A DNA stretch of 64,000 nucleotides from Polyangiaceae bacterium (GTDB lineage: Bacteria > Myxococcota_A > Polyangia > Polyangiales > Polyangiaceae): NCBI GenBank assembly GCA_035063585.1, contig JAPSGB010000025.1:1-64000 (forward strand), written 5' to 3'. Positions within the stretch are counted from its first letter, which is position 1; every line of letters starts with the position of its first letter. Below, one piece after another: positions 17,211-27,066 of this stretch. Both the position numbers and the translations under genes were made by a program. The notes beneath the pieces were generated by a model. It did no database searches and was not told where the DNA came from. It saw only the letters and a list, made by a program, of their open reading frames with translations.

Positions 17211-17462
17211 TTACTCGGGCTGTCCGGCCGCCGGGGCCGGAGCGGCAGCCGCGCTGGCGGCCTCCGCGGCCGAAGGCGCCGCCGCCGGAGCGGCGCTCCG
17301 CCGGAGCTCGTCCGCCGTCTTCCCGGCCGGGCGGGTGGCCACATAGTAGATGACCGCGAAGAGCCCGAGCGCGAGCCCGACGAGCGTGAGCCACTGGGGC
17401 GTGTGCGGCTCGTCCGGCAGGAGCTCGGTGCTGGGGTCGGCGGAATCGCCTGGGTCGCTCAT
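17211..17462 (-). CDS. Small single-pass membrane protein
   Basis: MSDPG...DEPHTPQWLTLVGLALGLFAVIYYVA followed by an Ala/Pro-rich tail. Confidence 0.6.
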   Translation of the reverse strand: MSDPGDSADPSTELLPDEPHTPQWLTLVGLALGLFAVIYYVATRPAGKTADELRRSAAPAAAPSAAEAASAAAAPAPAAGQPE

Positions 17463-17566
17463 GGAGCGGGCTATTATCATGGATTGGGTTCGGCGCCTGC
17501 CCCCGCCCACGGAGCGGCTAGTTGGGCGCTCGCCCGCGCGCTACCCTCGCGAGTCCGGATCGGCCC

Positions 17567-18358
17567 ATGTCAGCTCTCGATTTCGGCATCGTCGCCAACT
17601 CCGAGCGCACCGAGCTAGCTCTCGGGCAATTCTGCCGCTCCCTCTCACTGGCGAGCGGGGTAGAGCTTCGACCTTGTGTCGTCTCGTCCTATGAGGCGCT
17701 CTCTCAGGCGCTGCTCATGGGCGACATTCAGCTCGGTTGGACCGCGCCGCTGCTCGCGGTGGGCCTCGAGGATCGCGGCGCAGCGATCCCGCTGGTCGTG
17801 GTCGTTCGCGGGGTTCGGGCCGGCTATCACTCCGCGCTCTTCGTCCGCTCGGACAGCCCGCATCGCCGCCTGGAGGAGCTCGACGGGCTCACCGCGGCGT
17901 GGGTCTCGCGCCAGAGCGCTTCGGGTTACTTCGTCCCGCGCTGGCACCTCGCCTCGCTCGGCGTCGACGTTCAGCGCGCATTTCGTCGCGAGATCTTCTG
18001 CGCCAGTCACGAAGAGGTGGTCGAGGCCGTCGCGAGCGGCAGCGCGGACATCGGCGCGACCCACGTCGGACTCGAGCCGCTCGGCGGTGAGCTCGCTAGC
18101 GCGCCCTGGATCGATCTCGGGATGACGCCCGGCTCGATGCGCGTGCTCCTCTTGGTCGGACCCATTCCGGGGGATCTCATCGTGGCGAGCCCGGCGGTTC
18201 CGGTCGCTGAGCGCCAGCGGCTCACCGCCGCGCTCCTCGGATTTCGCGACGACCACGACGCGCTCGCGCTCGCGCTCTTCCAGGCCACTCGCTTCGAGCC
18301 GGCCCCCGAGGACCACCTGGCGCTCCTGCGGCGGCTCGCTCGGTTCGCCGCGTCGTGA
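17567..18358 (+). CDS. PhnD/phosphonate-binding-like substrate-binding domain protein without signal peptide
   Basis: YHSALFVRSDS, AWVSRQSASGYFVPR, SHEEVVEAVASGSADIGAT, GPIPGD. Confidence 0.8.
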   Translation: MSALDFGIVANSERTELALGQFCRSLSLASGVELRPCVVSSYEALSQALLMGDIQLGWTAPLLAVGLEDRGAAIPLVVVVRGVRAGYHSALFVRSDSPHRRLEELDGLTAAWVSRQSASGYFVPRWHLASLGVDVQRAFRREIFCASHEEVVEAVASGSADIGATHVGLEPLGGELASAPWIDLGMTPGSMRVLLLVGPIPGDLIVASPAVPVAERQRLTAALLGFRDDHDALALALFQATRFEPAPEDHLALLRRLARFAAS

Positions 18359-18467
18359 GCGGCGTCGCCGGGTGGCGGTCGTCGCCGGCGACCGCCGAGA
18401 GCTTGACCCCTCATGCACGCGGGCCCTAACCTGCGCTGGCGCGCACCGCGGGAGCGCGGGCGATTCG

Positions 18468-19853
18468 ATGGCTACACAGCAGCAACGCTACCGGGTCCTC
18501 GAGAAGATCGCCTCTGGCGGCATGGCCGAGGTCTTCCGCGCGGAGAGCGCGGGGCTCGAGGGGTTCAAGAAGACGGTCGCCATCAAGCGCGTTCTTCCGC
18601 ACCTCTCGCAGAAGAAGCAGTTCATGGGGATGTTCCTGGACGAGGCGCGCCTCTCCGCGCACCTCTCCCATTCGAACTGCGTGCAGGTCTTCGACGTCGG
18701 CGTTGGCGACGACACCTACTTCATCGTGATGGAGTTCGTGGACGGCGCCGACCTCAAGGCGGTCATCGAGCAGCGCAAGAAGCTCGGTGCGCCGTTCCCG
18801 CTCGAGGAGGCGTGCCTCATCTGCGTTCGTATTTGCGAGGGGCTCGCATACGCCCACGAGCTACGAGACTCAAAGGGGCAGAGCCTCCGCATCGTCCATC
18901 GCGACATGTCGCCGCCGAACGTCCTCATCACGCGCTACGGCGAGGTGAAGATCGTAGATTTCGGTCTCGCGAAGGCCAATAGCCAGCTCGAACACAGCGA
19001 GCCCGGCATCATCAAGGGGAAGTTCAGCTACCTCTCGCCGGAGGCCGCGCTCGGTCAGCCGGTGGACGCCCGAACCGACATCTTCGCCGTGGGCATCATC
19101 CTCTGGGAGCTCCTGGCCGGCCGTCGCCTCTTCATGGGTGAGAGCGACCTCGAGACGGTCCGGCAGGTCCAGGCCGCGCGGATTCCGCCGCTTCACCAGT
19201 TCAACCGGGAGGTGCCGCCCGAGATCGATCAGCTCCTCGCGCGGGCACTCGCGAGGGAGCCCGACGCGCGATATCAGTCCGCGCGGGATCTCGGCGCGGA
19301 TCTCAATGATCTGCTCTTTCGGCTCCGGCGACCCGTCTCGTCGTTCGACATCGCGAAGCTCCTCGAGTCCGTCCTCGCGGACCGCGACACGAGCCGGCGG
19401 CGCAAGGCGGAGAAGGGCTCCATCATCGGCTCGCTCATCGAGGAGGCGCTCTTCCAGTTCAGCTCGCTCGAGAGCGAGGGCGACAGCCAGCCCTCGGGCG
19501 GAGACGCGCCGCTGAATCTCGGCTCGTTTGGCGGCAAGGATTGGTCTTCCGACCTCGGGCTCGGCCTCACCAGCCAGCGGCGCCCGACCGACCAGCAGTA
19601 CGAGCTCGGCTCGCTCGCCTCGCTCGAGGATGACGCGCCCATCGCGCGGCAGGGGGCCGAGCCGGCGTCGCCGGTCCAAGCTCCGCCGGCCGCCGGCGGC
19701 GCGCTCCCCAACGCTCCGCTGCCTGCCCCCGCACCGGAGCGCTCGGGCGTCGGCTTCGGTACGATCCTGCTCCTCCTGCTCCTCGTCCTCGTCGGGGCCG
19801 CGGCCGGCGCCTATTACGCCGGGCTCATCCCGAAGGGGCTCCTCCCCTTCTAG
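18468..19853 (+). CDS. Hanks-type Ser/Thr protein kinase with C-terminal TM helix
   Basis: IASGGMAEVF, VAIKR, HRDMSPPN, DFGLAK, KGKFSYLSPE; C-terminal hydrophobic segment. Confidence 0.95.
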   Translation: MATQQQRYRVLEKIASGGMAEVFRAESAGLEGFKKTVAIKRVLPHLSQKKQFMGMFLDEARLSAHLSHSNCVQVFDVGVGDDTYFIVMEFVDGADLKAVIEQRKKLGAPFPLEEACLICVRICEGLAYAHELRDSKGQSLRIVHRDMSPPNVLITRYGEVKIVDFGLAKANSQLEHSEPGIIKGKFSYLSPEAALGQPVDARTDIFAVGIILWELLAGRRLFMGESDLETVRQVQAARIPPLHQFNREVPPEIDQLLARALAREPDARYQSARDLGADLNDLLFRLRRPVSSFDIAKLLESVLADRDTSRRRKAEKGSIIGSLIEEALFQFSSLESEGDSQPSGGDAPLNLGSFGGKDWSSDLGLGLTSQRRPTDQQYELGSLASLEDDAPIARQGAEPASPVQAPPAAGGALPNAPLPAPAPERSGVGFGTILLLLLLVLVGAAAGAYYAGLIPKGLLPF

Positions 19854-19926
19854 CGGCCTTACCCGGCGTTCCGTTCGGGGGGGCGGCTGCGAGTCCCGGC
19901 ACGACCACTCGCGCCCCGGCGGCGTT

Positions 19927-20008
19927 CGGGTGCGTGCCAAGACGCACCCGCCGGCGAGGACTTGGCTCGGGCCGCGAGAAACCGCGACCCTTGCGGCGGA
20001 CCGCCGCA
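19927..20008. terminator. GC-rich hairpins between the convergent kinase and infC genes
   Basis: CGGGTGCGT/ACGCACCCG 9-bp stem (19927-19950) and TGCGGCGG/CCGCCGCA (19992-20008); no U-tract. Confidence 0.4.
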
Positions 20009-20038
20009 CGAGCCCGTGGCCGTCCGCCGTGCCCCCCG

Positions 20039-20809
20039 TCAGTCGCCGTCGTCCGCGTCGTCGTCGTCGTCCGCGTCGTCGTCGTCCGCGTCGTCGTCGT
20101 CCGCGTCGTCGTCGTCCGCGTCGTCGTCCGCGTCGTCGTCGTCCGCGTCGTCGCTGAGCTCGTCCTCATCCTGAGCGTTGTCGCCGAGCTTCTGCCCGTC
20201 GTGCGCCTCGGCGTCCGAGTCGCTCTTCTCCGCGCGCATCCGCTCGTTCGCGATCCGCTGGAGCACCTGAGGCTTGGGAGCGAGCATCAAGACCATGGTG
20301 CGGCCGTCCATCTGCGGGCGCTGCTCGACGTTCGCGATGTCCTCCGTCTGAGCGACGATGATGTCGAGCTGCCTCTTGGCGACCTCTGGGTGGGTGATCT
20401 CGCGGCCGCGGAAGCGAACCGTGAGCTTGACCTTGTTCCCGCTCTCCATGAACCGGCGCGCCGCGCGGACCTTGACCGCGATGTCATGGTCGTCGGTCTT
20501 CGGCCGGAGCTTGAGCTCCTTGATCTCGACCACGCTCTGCTTCTTCTTGGCGTCGCGCTGCTTCTTCTTCTCCTCGTACTTGTACTTTCCGAAGTCGAGG
20601 ATCTTGCAGACCGGCGGAGAGGCCTTCGGGTTCACCTCGACCAGGTCGAGCCCCCGCGTCTGCGCCTCGCGCAGCGCCTCCTCGGTGGCGAGGACTCCGA
20701 GGTTGGTCCCGTCCTCCATCACGACGCGTACCTCGGGTACGCGGATCCTGTGGTTGACGCGCACCTGCGGTACGCGCGGGTCCCGACTGAAACGTCTCCC
20801 CATTGCCAT
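20039..20809 (-). CDS. infC: Translation initiation factor IF-3 with acidic C-terminal extension
   Basis: VNHRIRVPEVRV, LDLVEVNP, PPVCKILDFGKYKYE, KELKLRPK, GNKVKLTVRFRGRE. Confidence 0.96.
   Translation of the reverse strand: MAMGRRFSRDPRVPQVRVNHRIRVPEVRVVMEDGTNLGVLATEEALREAQTRGLDLVEVNPKASPPVCKILDFGKYKYEEKKKQRDAKKKQSVVEIKELKLRPKTDDHDIAVKVRAARRFMESGNKVKLTVRFRGREITHPEVAKRQLDIIVAQTEDIANVEQRPQMDGRTMVLMLAPKPQVLQRIANERMRAEKSDSDAEAHDGQKLGDNAQDEDELSDDADDDDADDDADDDDADDDDADDDDADDDDDADDGD
20045..20152 (-). repeat. Tandem 12-18-bp repeats encoding a (DADDD)n tail of IF-3
   Basis: Repeated gtcgtccgcgtcgtc units on the plus strand. Confidence 0.9.
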
Positions 20810-20863
20810 GCGTGTGTCTTCTCTCTCCTTCCCCGGCGCGCCAGTGTCCCTGGAGCCGGCTGG

Positions 20864-22852
20864 TTACTTCTTGTCGGCCCGGCGCGGAGCCTTGCTCTCC
20901 GCGACCAGCCGCTCGGAAAATTGCTCGATCGTCATCGAGCCGAGGTCGCCCTCTTCACGCCCGCGCGGTGACACCGTGCCCTCCGCGGCCTCTTGTTCGC
21001 CGATGACGACGATGTACGGCACGCGCGAGTTTCTCGCGTTGCGGATCTTGGCGCCGAGCTTGTCGGGCCCGGCGTCGAGCCCGATCCGGAGCCCGCTCCC
21101 CGTGAGCGCTGCGCGGACCTTCTCGGCGTAGTCGGCCTGCTTCTCGCTGACCGTGACCAGCGTGGCCTGCTCGGGCGCCAGCCACACCGGGAATTTGCCG
21201 GCGACGTGCTCGATGTACATCCCGAAGAAGCGCTCGATGCTACCGAGGATCGCTCGGTGCAGCATCACTGGGCGATGCCCCGCGCCGTCCGCGCCGACGT
21301 ACTCGAGCCCGAAGCGCTCCGGCATGTTGTAGTCGACCTGGATGGTCCCGAGCTGCCAGCTCCGGCCGAGCGCGTCCACCACGTGGAATTCGAGCTTGGG
21401 CCCGTAGAACGCGCCCTCACCGGGCAGCTTCTCGAAGGGGAGTCCGGAGTCCACCAGCACGCGCTCGAGCGCGTGCTCGGAGTCGTCCCACTGCGCGTCG
21501 GAGCCGATGCGCTTCTCGGGGCGCAGCGCGAGCTTGACCGAGACGTCATTGAAGCCAAACGCCGCGTAGACCTCGAAGAGCAGCTGATTGAACGAGCGGA
21601 TTTCCTCGACCATCTGCTCGGGGGTGCAGAAGATGTGCGCGTCGTCCTGGCAGAAGGTGCGCACGCGGGCGAGCCCGTGCACGACGCCGCCGCGCTCGTA
21701 GCGGTGCAGTCTCCCGAAGTCCGCGATGCGCCAGGGCAGCTCGCGATAGCTCCGCCGCCGCTGCCCGAAGATGAGGCAGTGGCTCGGGCAGTTCATCGGC
21801 TTCTGCGCCAGAGGCTCGAGCTGGCTCGGATCGAAGCCGCCCTTCGCGGCCTCACCGGTCGGTTCCGCGCCGGACCAACCAGCGGCATCCAGCATGTCTG
21901 CGGTGACTGGGAGGTACATGTTCTCCCAGTAATTGGCGAGGTGACCGCTGGTCGCGAAGAGCCGCTTGTCGAAGAGCTGCGGCGTGATGACCTCTTCGTA
22001 GCCGTACTCCACGTATAGGTCGCGGACGTACCCGACCAGGCGACCATAGATGGCCGCGCCGCGCGGCAAGAAGAACGGCATGGCCGGCGCGTACTCGTGG
22101 AACATGAAGAGCTCGAGCTCCTTGCCGAGCTTGCGATGATCACGCGCGCGCGCCTCCTCGAGCATCTTCAGGTGGCGCTCGAGCGCCTCCTCGGTCGGGA
22201 AGGCCGTCCCGTAGATGCGCTGGAGCATCGGGTTCTTCTCGTCGCCGCGCCAGTAGGCGCCAGCGACGCTCGTGAGCTTCACGACCCCGAGAAACTTGGT
22301 GGAGGGGACGTGCGGCCCTTCGCAGAGGTCCACCCACGTCGTCTCCGGATGGTCCAGGTTACCGTGGCGATAAATCGAGATCGCTTCTCCCTCGGGGATC
22401 GACGCCAGGATCTCGAGCTTGTACTTCTCACCCATCCTCTCGAAGAGGGCGGCGGCATCGTTGCGCGAGAGCTCTTGGCGGTAGAAGGGGTAGCCGGCCT
22501 TGATGATCCGGCGCATCTCCTTCTCGATGCGCGCGAGGTCCTTGTCGGTGAAGGGCCCCTCGGGCCGGTCGAAGTCGTAGTAGAAGCCAGCGTCGATCGC
22601 GGGCCCGATGGTGACCTGTGTCCCCGGGAACAGGCGCTGGACGGCGTCGGCCATCACGTGCGCGGCCGAGTGGCGGAGCACCGGCAGCGCCGCCGGCTCT
22701 TGCCAGCGGATGGGGGTGAGCTCCGCCGCCGGATCCACCGGCGTGTGGAGATCGCCCACCCAGGAGCCCACACGGACGGCGACCACGTCGTCCGACCAGA
22801 GACCGCGCTCGACGAGGAGCTCGCGCGGCGAGCGTCGCCCCGAAGCCATCAT
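20864..22852 (-). CDS. thrS: Threonyl-tRNA synthetase
   Basis: LRHSAAHVMA, DLCEGPH, GAYWRGD, LQRIYGT, RDHRKLG, KPMNCP, GEGAFYGPK, MLHRAILGSIERF. Confidence 0.98.
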   Translation of the reverse strand: MMASGRRSPRELLVERGLWSDDVVAVRVGSWVGDLHTPVDPAAELTPIRWQEPAALPVLRHSAAHVMADAVQRLFPGTQVTIGPAIDAGFYYDFDRPEGPFTDKDLARIEKEMRRIIKAGYPFYRQELSRNDAAALFERMGEKYKLEILASIPEGEAISIYRHGNLDHPETTWVDLCEGPHVPSTKFLGVVKLTSVAGAYWRGDEKNPMLQRIYGTAFPTEEALERHLKMLEEARARDHRKLGKELELFMFHEYAPAMPFFLPRGAAIYGRLVGYVRDLYVEYGYEEVITPQLFDKRLFATSGHLANYWENMYLPVTADMLDAAGWSGAEPTGEAAKGGFDPSQLEPLAQKPMNCPSHCLIFGQRRRSYRELPWRIADFGRLHRYERGGVVHGLARVRTFCQDDAHIFCTPEQMVEEIRSFNQLLFEVYAAFGFNDVSVKLALRPEKRIGSDAQWDDSEHALERVLVDSGLPFEKLPGEGAFYGPKLEFHVVDALGRSWQLGTIQVDYNMPERFGLEYVGADGAGHRPVMLHRAILGSIERFFGMYIEHVAGKFPVWLAPEQATLVTVSEKQADYAEKVRAALTGSGLRIGLDAGPDKLGAKIRNARNSRVPYIVVIGEQEAAEGTVSPRGREEGDLGSMTIEQFSERLVAESKAPRRADKK

Positions 22853-22918
22853 GGCGTCACGAAATCACGACGCGAGGGCTCGGGCAACCAGCGAAGGGCC
22901 ACGCTCGAGCGAGCGGAG

Positions 22919-22990
<72 letters not shown>

Positions 22991-23173
22991 GTGGACCGGC
23001 GGGGCCGAATCCAACGTGGATCTGTCTCTCGTCAAGATGCAGGGGCCGATTCACTACATCTAGCCCCGAGGCGTGTCAAGGCGGGTCTGGGCGCTACTTC
23101 CGCGGCCCCGGACGACGGCTTGCGCGGCCCCGGGAAAGTCGCTATAGGCCGGCCCTTCTCCGGAGCACACCCC

Positions 23174-23608
23174 TTGTTTTCGGCGCCCCTCGCATTCCAG
23201 GCCGTTCCCCCGGCGCCCGGCCGCAATAGCGCCCCCGGCGCTGCTCCGGCGGGCGTCGCCCACGCCGCCCAGCCGGCGCCCGGCGCGGCCGCGGAGCACG
23301 CAGCCGAGCCGGCGCCCTCGATGGGCGGCCTCGGCGCGATGTTGCCGCTCCTCCTGCTCATCCCGTTCGTCTTTCTGCTCTTCTGGTCGTCTCGCTCGCA
23401 GCAGAAAAAGCAGCAGCAGGCGATCGCCGGCTTGAAGAAGGGCGATCGCGTGCTCACCAACGGGGGCTTCGCAGGCAAGCTGGTCGAGCTGGGTGATCGC
23501 TTCGCCAAGGTCGAGCTCGCGCCCGGGGTCAAGGTGGACGTGCTCAAGAGCAGTCTGCTCGGGAAGGACTCGGCGGAGACCGCCGAGTCGGCCGAGAAGA
23601 AGAAGTAG
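23174..23608 (+). CDS. yajC: Preprotein translocase subunit YajC
   Basis: TM helix then QQKKQQQAIAGLKKGDRVLTNGG; TTG start with GGAG SD; upstream of secD. Confidence 0.9.
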   Translation: MFSAPLAFQAVPPAPGRNSAPGAAPAGVAHAAQPAPGAAAEHAAEPAPSMGGLGAMLPLLLLIPFVFLLFWSSRSQQKKQQQAIAGLKKGDRVLTNGGFAGKLVELGDRFAKVELAPGVKVDVLKSSLLGKDSAETAESAEKKK

Positions 23609-23633
23609 TGGCCGCGAGCCGCCCGAGGAGCCA

Positions 23634-25736
23634 GTGACGAACACCGTTCTCCAGTACGTTTTCGCGGGCATCGCCGTGCTCTTCGCGGCGTGGGGCTACG
23701 TGAGCCGCAGTCGTCGCGCCGCGCTCTGGTTCGGGGTGGTGACCGCCGCGTCCGCCGCGATCGCCGCGCGCTACGATGGCTTTTGGCCGCTCGCGAGCTT
23801 CGCCATCTTGACGCTCTGGGCGTTCATCGTCGCCACCGGTTTCTTGGACTTCGGCTGGCGCATGCGCCTCGGCTTGGTGACGAGCATCGGTCTGTTCGCG
23901 TTTCTCGCGCTCTGGCCGTCCGTGTACAACATGTCGGCGGGCAAGGTCCCGTGCCCGGCCTACATTCGCGATCATGTGAGCTTCCGTCTGGTGGCGGGCC
24001 TCGATCTGCGAGGGGGCCTCCGGCTCGTCTATACCGTCGACGTCGACGAGGCGATCAAGGACAAGCGCGACCGCTACTACGAGGACATGCGGTCGTCGCT
24101 CGCGAAGATCTACGGGCTCTACAGCGGCGAAGATCGGCCGAGCGAAGACGTCTACAAGAAGCTCCGCACGATCGTGGACATCGAGGCCCCGCGCCGCCCC
24201 GCCAACGTCATCAAGCTCCATGTTCGCGACGGTGCGGATCCGGCCAAGATCGACGCGCGCTTCCTCGAGCAGTTCGCGGGCGACCTCAGCTACTCGCGTC
24301 GGGACGCGCGAGATCTCGAGTTCACCATCAAGGCGAGCTCCGAGACGCAGCTCCGCGAGCGCGCGGTGGAACAGGCCAAGGACATCATCCTGCGCCGCGT
24401 CGACGAGCTCGGCCTCCGCGAGGCGAACGTCTCCACTCGTGACGAGGACGTGATCATCGAGGTGCCGGGCTCGGACGAGAAGAGCTTCCAGCGCATCCGC
24501 GAGATCATCAGCCAGACGGCCAAGCTCGAGTTCAAGCTGCTCGACGACGACGACGACTTCTTCGGACCGATCGAGCGGAAGACCGAGGGCCAGGCGTTGC
24601 CGGAAGGCATCGAGTTCCGCAAAGAGAACGCTCCGGTCGGCCTCGACGATGGTGGTGACGCCAAGACGCACGAGACCACTTACGCCTTCATTCAGAAGAA
24701 GAAGGACGAGACCTCGCAGCAGGCGCTCGCGCGGCTGAAGGAGTGGGTCGGGCAGTTCGAGCTGCCGCCGGATCGCGAGCTCGGCTACCAGATCGTCTAC
24801 CGGACGAACCCGGACAGCCTCAAGCAGAGCGAAGACGGGTGGCGCACGTACCTCCTCCGCTCGCACGCGGACATCACCGGTGACATGATCACCGACGCCT
24901 CCGCGCAGCCGGATCAGTCGGGCGGCGGCTTCGGCGGCTGGTACGTCGCGCTCACGTTCACCGACCAGGGCGGTAACATCTTCGAGCGGATCACCGGCGC
25001 GAACATCAAGCGCCGCTTCGCGATCATCCTCGACAACAAGGTCGAGAGCGCGCCGGTCATCCAGACCAAGATCCCCGGTGGCCACGCCCAGATCACCATG
25101 GGCGCGTCCGATCCCGAGATCCAACTCGAGGACGCCCGCAAGCTCGAGCTCGTGCTGCGTTCGGGCGCGCTGCCCGCGCCCATCTCGCCTTCGAACGAGC
25201 AACGGATCGGCCCGTCCCTCGGTCGGGACTCGATCAAGCTCGGGGTTCAGGGCGCGATCGGCGGCGGGCTCATCGTGCTCGTCCTCATGGTGATTTACTA
25301 CCGCCGAGCGGGGCTCATCGCCGACCTCTCGGTGACCATGAACCTGTTCTTGCAGCTCGCGATCCTGGCCTCGTTCGGCGCGTCCATGACCCTACCCGGC
25401 ATCGCTGGGTTGTCGCTCACCATCGGCATGAGCGTGGACGCCAACGTGCTCATCAACGAACGAATACGTGATGAATTACGATTGGGTAAATCGCCGCGAG
25501 CGGCCGTCGAGATCGGGTTCGGCCGCGCGCTCAGCGCGATCGTCGACGGACAGCTCACCACGCTGATCTCGGGGGTCATCCTGGCTCAGTACGGCACGGG
25601 CCCCATCAAGGGGTTCGCGGTGACGCTCATCGTCGGCGTACTCTGCAGTATCTTCACCGGCGTGGTGGTGAGCCGGCTGTGGTTCGACCTCTGGGTTCGC
25701 GGCTTCGGCCGCCTCGAGAAGCTGGACGTGGGCTGA
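23634..25736 (+). CDS. secD: Protein translocase subunit SecD (with extra N-terminal TM segments)
   Basis: GLDLRGG, RRVDELGLRE, AIILDNKVESAPVI, LRSGALPAP, IGPSLG, TLPGIAG, GMSVDANVLINERI. Confidence 0.96.
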   Translation: MTNTVLQYVFAGIAVLFAAWGYVSRSRRAALWFGVVTAASAAIAARYDGFWPLASFAILTLWAFIVATGFLDFGWRMRLGLVTSIGLFAFLALWPSVYNMSAGKVPCPAYIRDHVSFRLVAGLDLRGGLRLVYTVDVDEAIKDKRDRYYEDMRSSLAKIYGLYSGEDRPSEDVYKKLRTIVDIEAPRRPANVIKLHVRDGADPAKIDARFLEQFAGDLSYSRRDARDLEFTIKASSETQLRERAVEQAKDIILRRVDELGLREANVSTRDEDVIIEVPGSDEKSFQRIREIISQTAKLEFKLLDDDDDFFGPIERKTEGQALPEGIEFRKENAPVGLDDGGDAKTHETTYAFIQKKKDETSQQALARLKEWVGQFELPPDRELGYQIVYRTNPDSLKQSEDGWRTYLLRSHADITGDMITDASAQPDQSGGGFGGWYVALTFTDQGGNIFERITGANIKRRFAIILDNKVESAPVIQTKIPGGHAQITMGASDPEIQLEDARKLELVLRSGALPAPISPSNEQRIGPSLGRDSIKLGVQGAIGGGLIVLVLMVIYYRRAGLIADLSVTMNLFLQLAILASFGASMTLPGIAGLSLTIGMSVDANVLINERIRDELRLGKSPRAAVEIGFGRALSAIVDGQLTTLISGVILAQYGTGPIKGFAVTLIVGVLCSIFTGVVVSRLWFDLWVRGFGRLEKLDVG

Positions 25737-25739
25737 GCC

Positions 25740-26963
25740 ATGGAGCTGTTTCCGGTCGGAAGAGTCTTCGATTTCATGGGGAAGCGGCGATATTTCATCG
25801 CCCTGAGCCTGATCATCGTCGCAGGTTCGCTCGTGTCCCTCGTCTGGCCTGGCCCGAAGCTCGGCACGGACTTCCGCGGCGGAACCGAGATCGAGGTGGC
25901 GTTCACCCAGCCGACCAACTCGGGGGACGTCCGCAAAGCCGTCATCGCGTCCGGCTTCGCCCAGCCGGACGTGGTCAAGGTCGACGACGCGAGCAACCCG
26001 TACCGCTACCTCATCCGCGTGCAAGAGGTCTCGACCATCGACGAGGCGAAGCAGGCGGAGATCGAGCGCGCGCTCTGCTTCGGCGAAGATTTGCCCGCGG
26101 CGGAGTGCTCGGCCGAGCACGCTGCGACCGAGGTCAAGTTCAGCCCCGGCGGCGACAAGGTGAGCGTCCGCTTTGGCGGCGCGCCGGATCTCGCCTGGGT
26201 GCGGCAGCGGATCGGTAAGGTCTCAGGGATCACGCTTCGCGCCGGCGAAAATGACATCTCCGTGCAGAGCTCGCGCGAAAACCGCGTGGAGATCGCGCTG
26301 CAGAGCCGCGGCGATCAACTCATGGACGGGCTGCGCCAGCGCCTCGGCCCGGAGCGCGTGCCGGCGAGCGCGCTGCGCGTCGAGTGGATCGGCCCCAAGG
26401 CGGGCGCTCAGCTCCGAAACTCCGCCTTCGTGAGCGTCCTACTCTCCATCGTCTTCATCGGGGCGTACATCGCCTTCCGCTTCGATCTCCGCTTCGCTCC
26501 GGGCGCCGTGCTCAGCCTGCTGCATGATGCGATTGGCCTCATCGGCGTCTGGATCTTGCTCGGCAAGGAGATAAACCTCGCGACCATCGCGTCGGTGCTC
26601 ACCGTGGTCGGGTATTCCATCAACGACACGGTCATCGTCTATGATCGCGTTCGAGAGAATCTCGGGAAGATGCGCGCGGCGTCCTTCGACACGCTCATCA
26701 ACACGAGCTTGAGCGAGATGCTGAGCCGGACGGTCCTCACCTCGGGCACCACGGTGATGAGCCTCCTCGCCTTCTTCCTCTGGGGCACCGGCGCGCTCAA
26801 GGATTTCGCGCTGAGCCTCATCATCGGTATCGTGCTCGGGACGTACTCGTCGATCTATGTCTCTTTGCCCATCACCGAGTGGTTCGACAAACACCTCTTC
26901 GCGAAGCGGGCCGCGAAGAAGCCGCGGCGCGCGGCCGCCAAACGAGCCTCGGCCAGCACCTGA
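25740..26963 (+). CDS. secF: Protein translocase subunit SecF
   Basis: LGTDFRGG, IGPKAG, YIAFRF, LLHD, GYSINDTVIVYDRVRE, GTYSSIY. Confidence 0.96.
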   Translation: MELFPVGRVFDFMGKRRYFIALSLIIVAGSLVSLVWPGPKLGTDFRGGTEIEVAFTQPTNSGDVRKAVIASGFAQPDVVKVDDASNPYRYLIRVQEVSTIDEAKQAEIERALCFGEDLPAAECSAEHAATEVKFSPGGDKVSVRFGGAPDLAWVRQRIGKVSGITLRAGENDISVQSSRENRVEIALQSRGDQLMDGLRQRLGPERVPASALRVEWIGPKAGAQLRNSAFVSVLLSIVFIGAYIAFRFDLRFAPGAVLSLLHDAIGLIGVWILLGKEINLATIASVLTVVGYSINDTVIVYDRVRENLGKMRAASFDTLINTSLSEMLSRTVLTSGTTVMSLLAFFLWGTGALKDFALSLIIGIVLGTYSSIYVSLPITEWFDKHLFAKRAAKKPRRAAAKRASAST

Positions 26964-27066
26964 GCGGTAGCGCGGCCGGCGCCGGCCTGCCGGTCGCCGA
27001 GCACGATCGTACCGCGCAACTCGGTTCCGCGCCGAGCCGACATTCCGTGCTACTCGGAGGAGCGAG

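Noticed and set aside
20045..20152. Tandem repeats here and at 53694-54149 as CRISPR or mobile-element repeats
   Set aside because: In-frame coding repeats without unique spacers.
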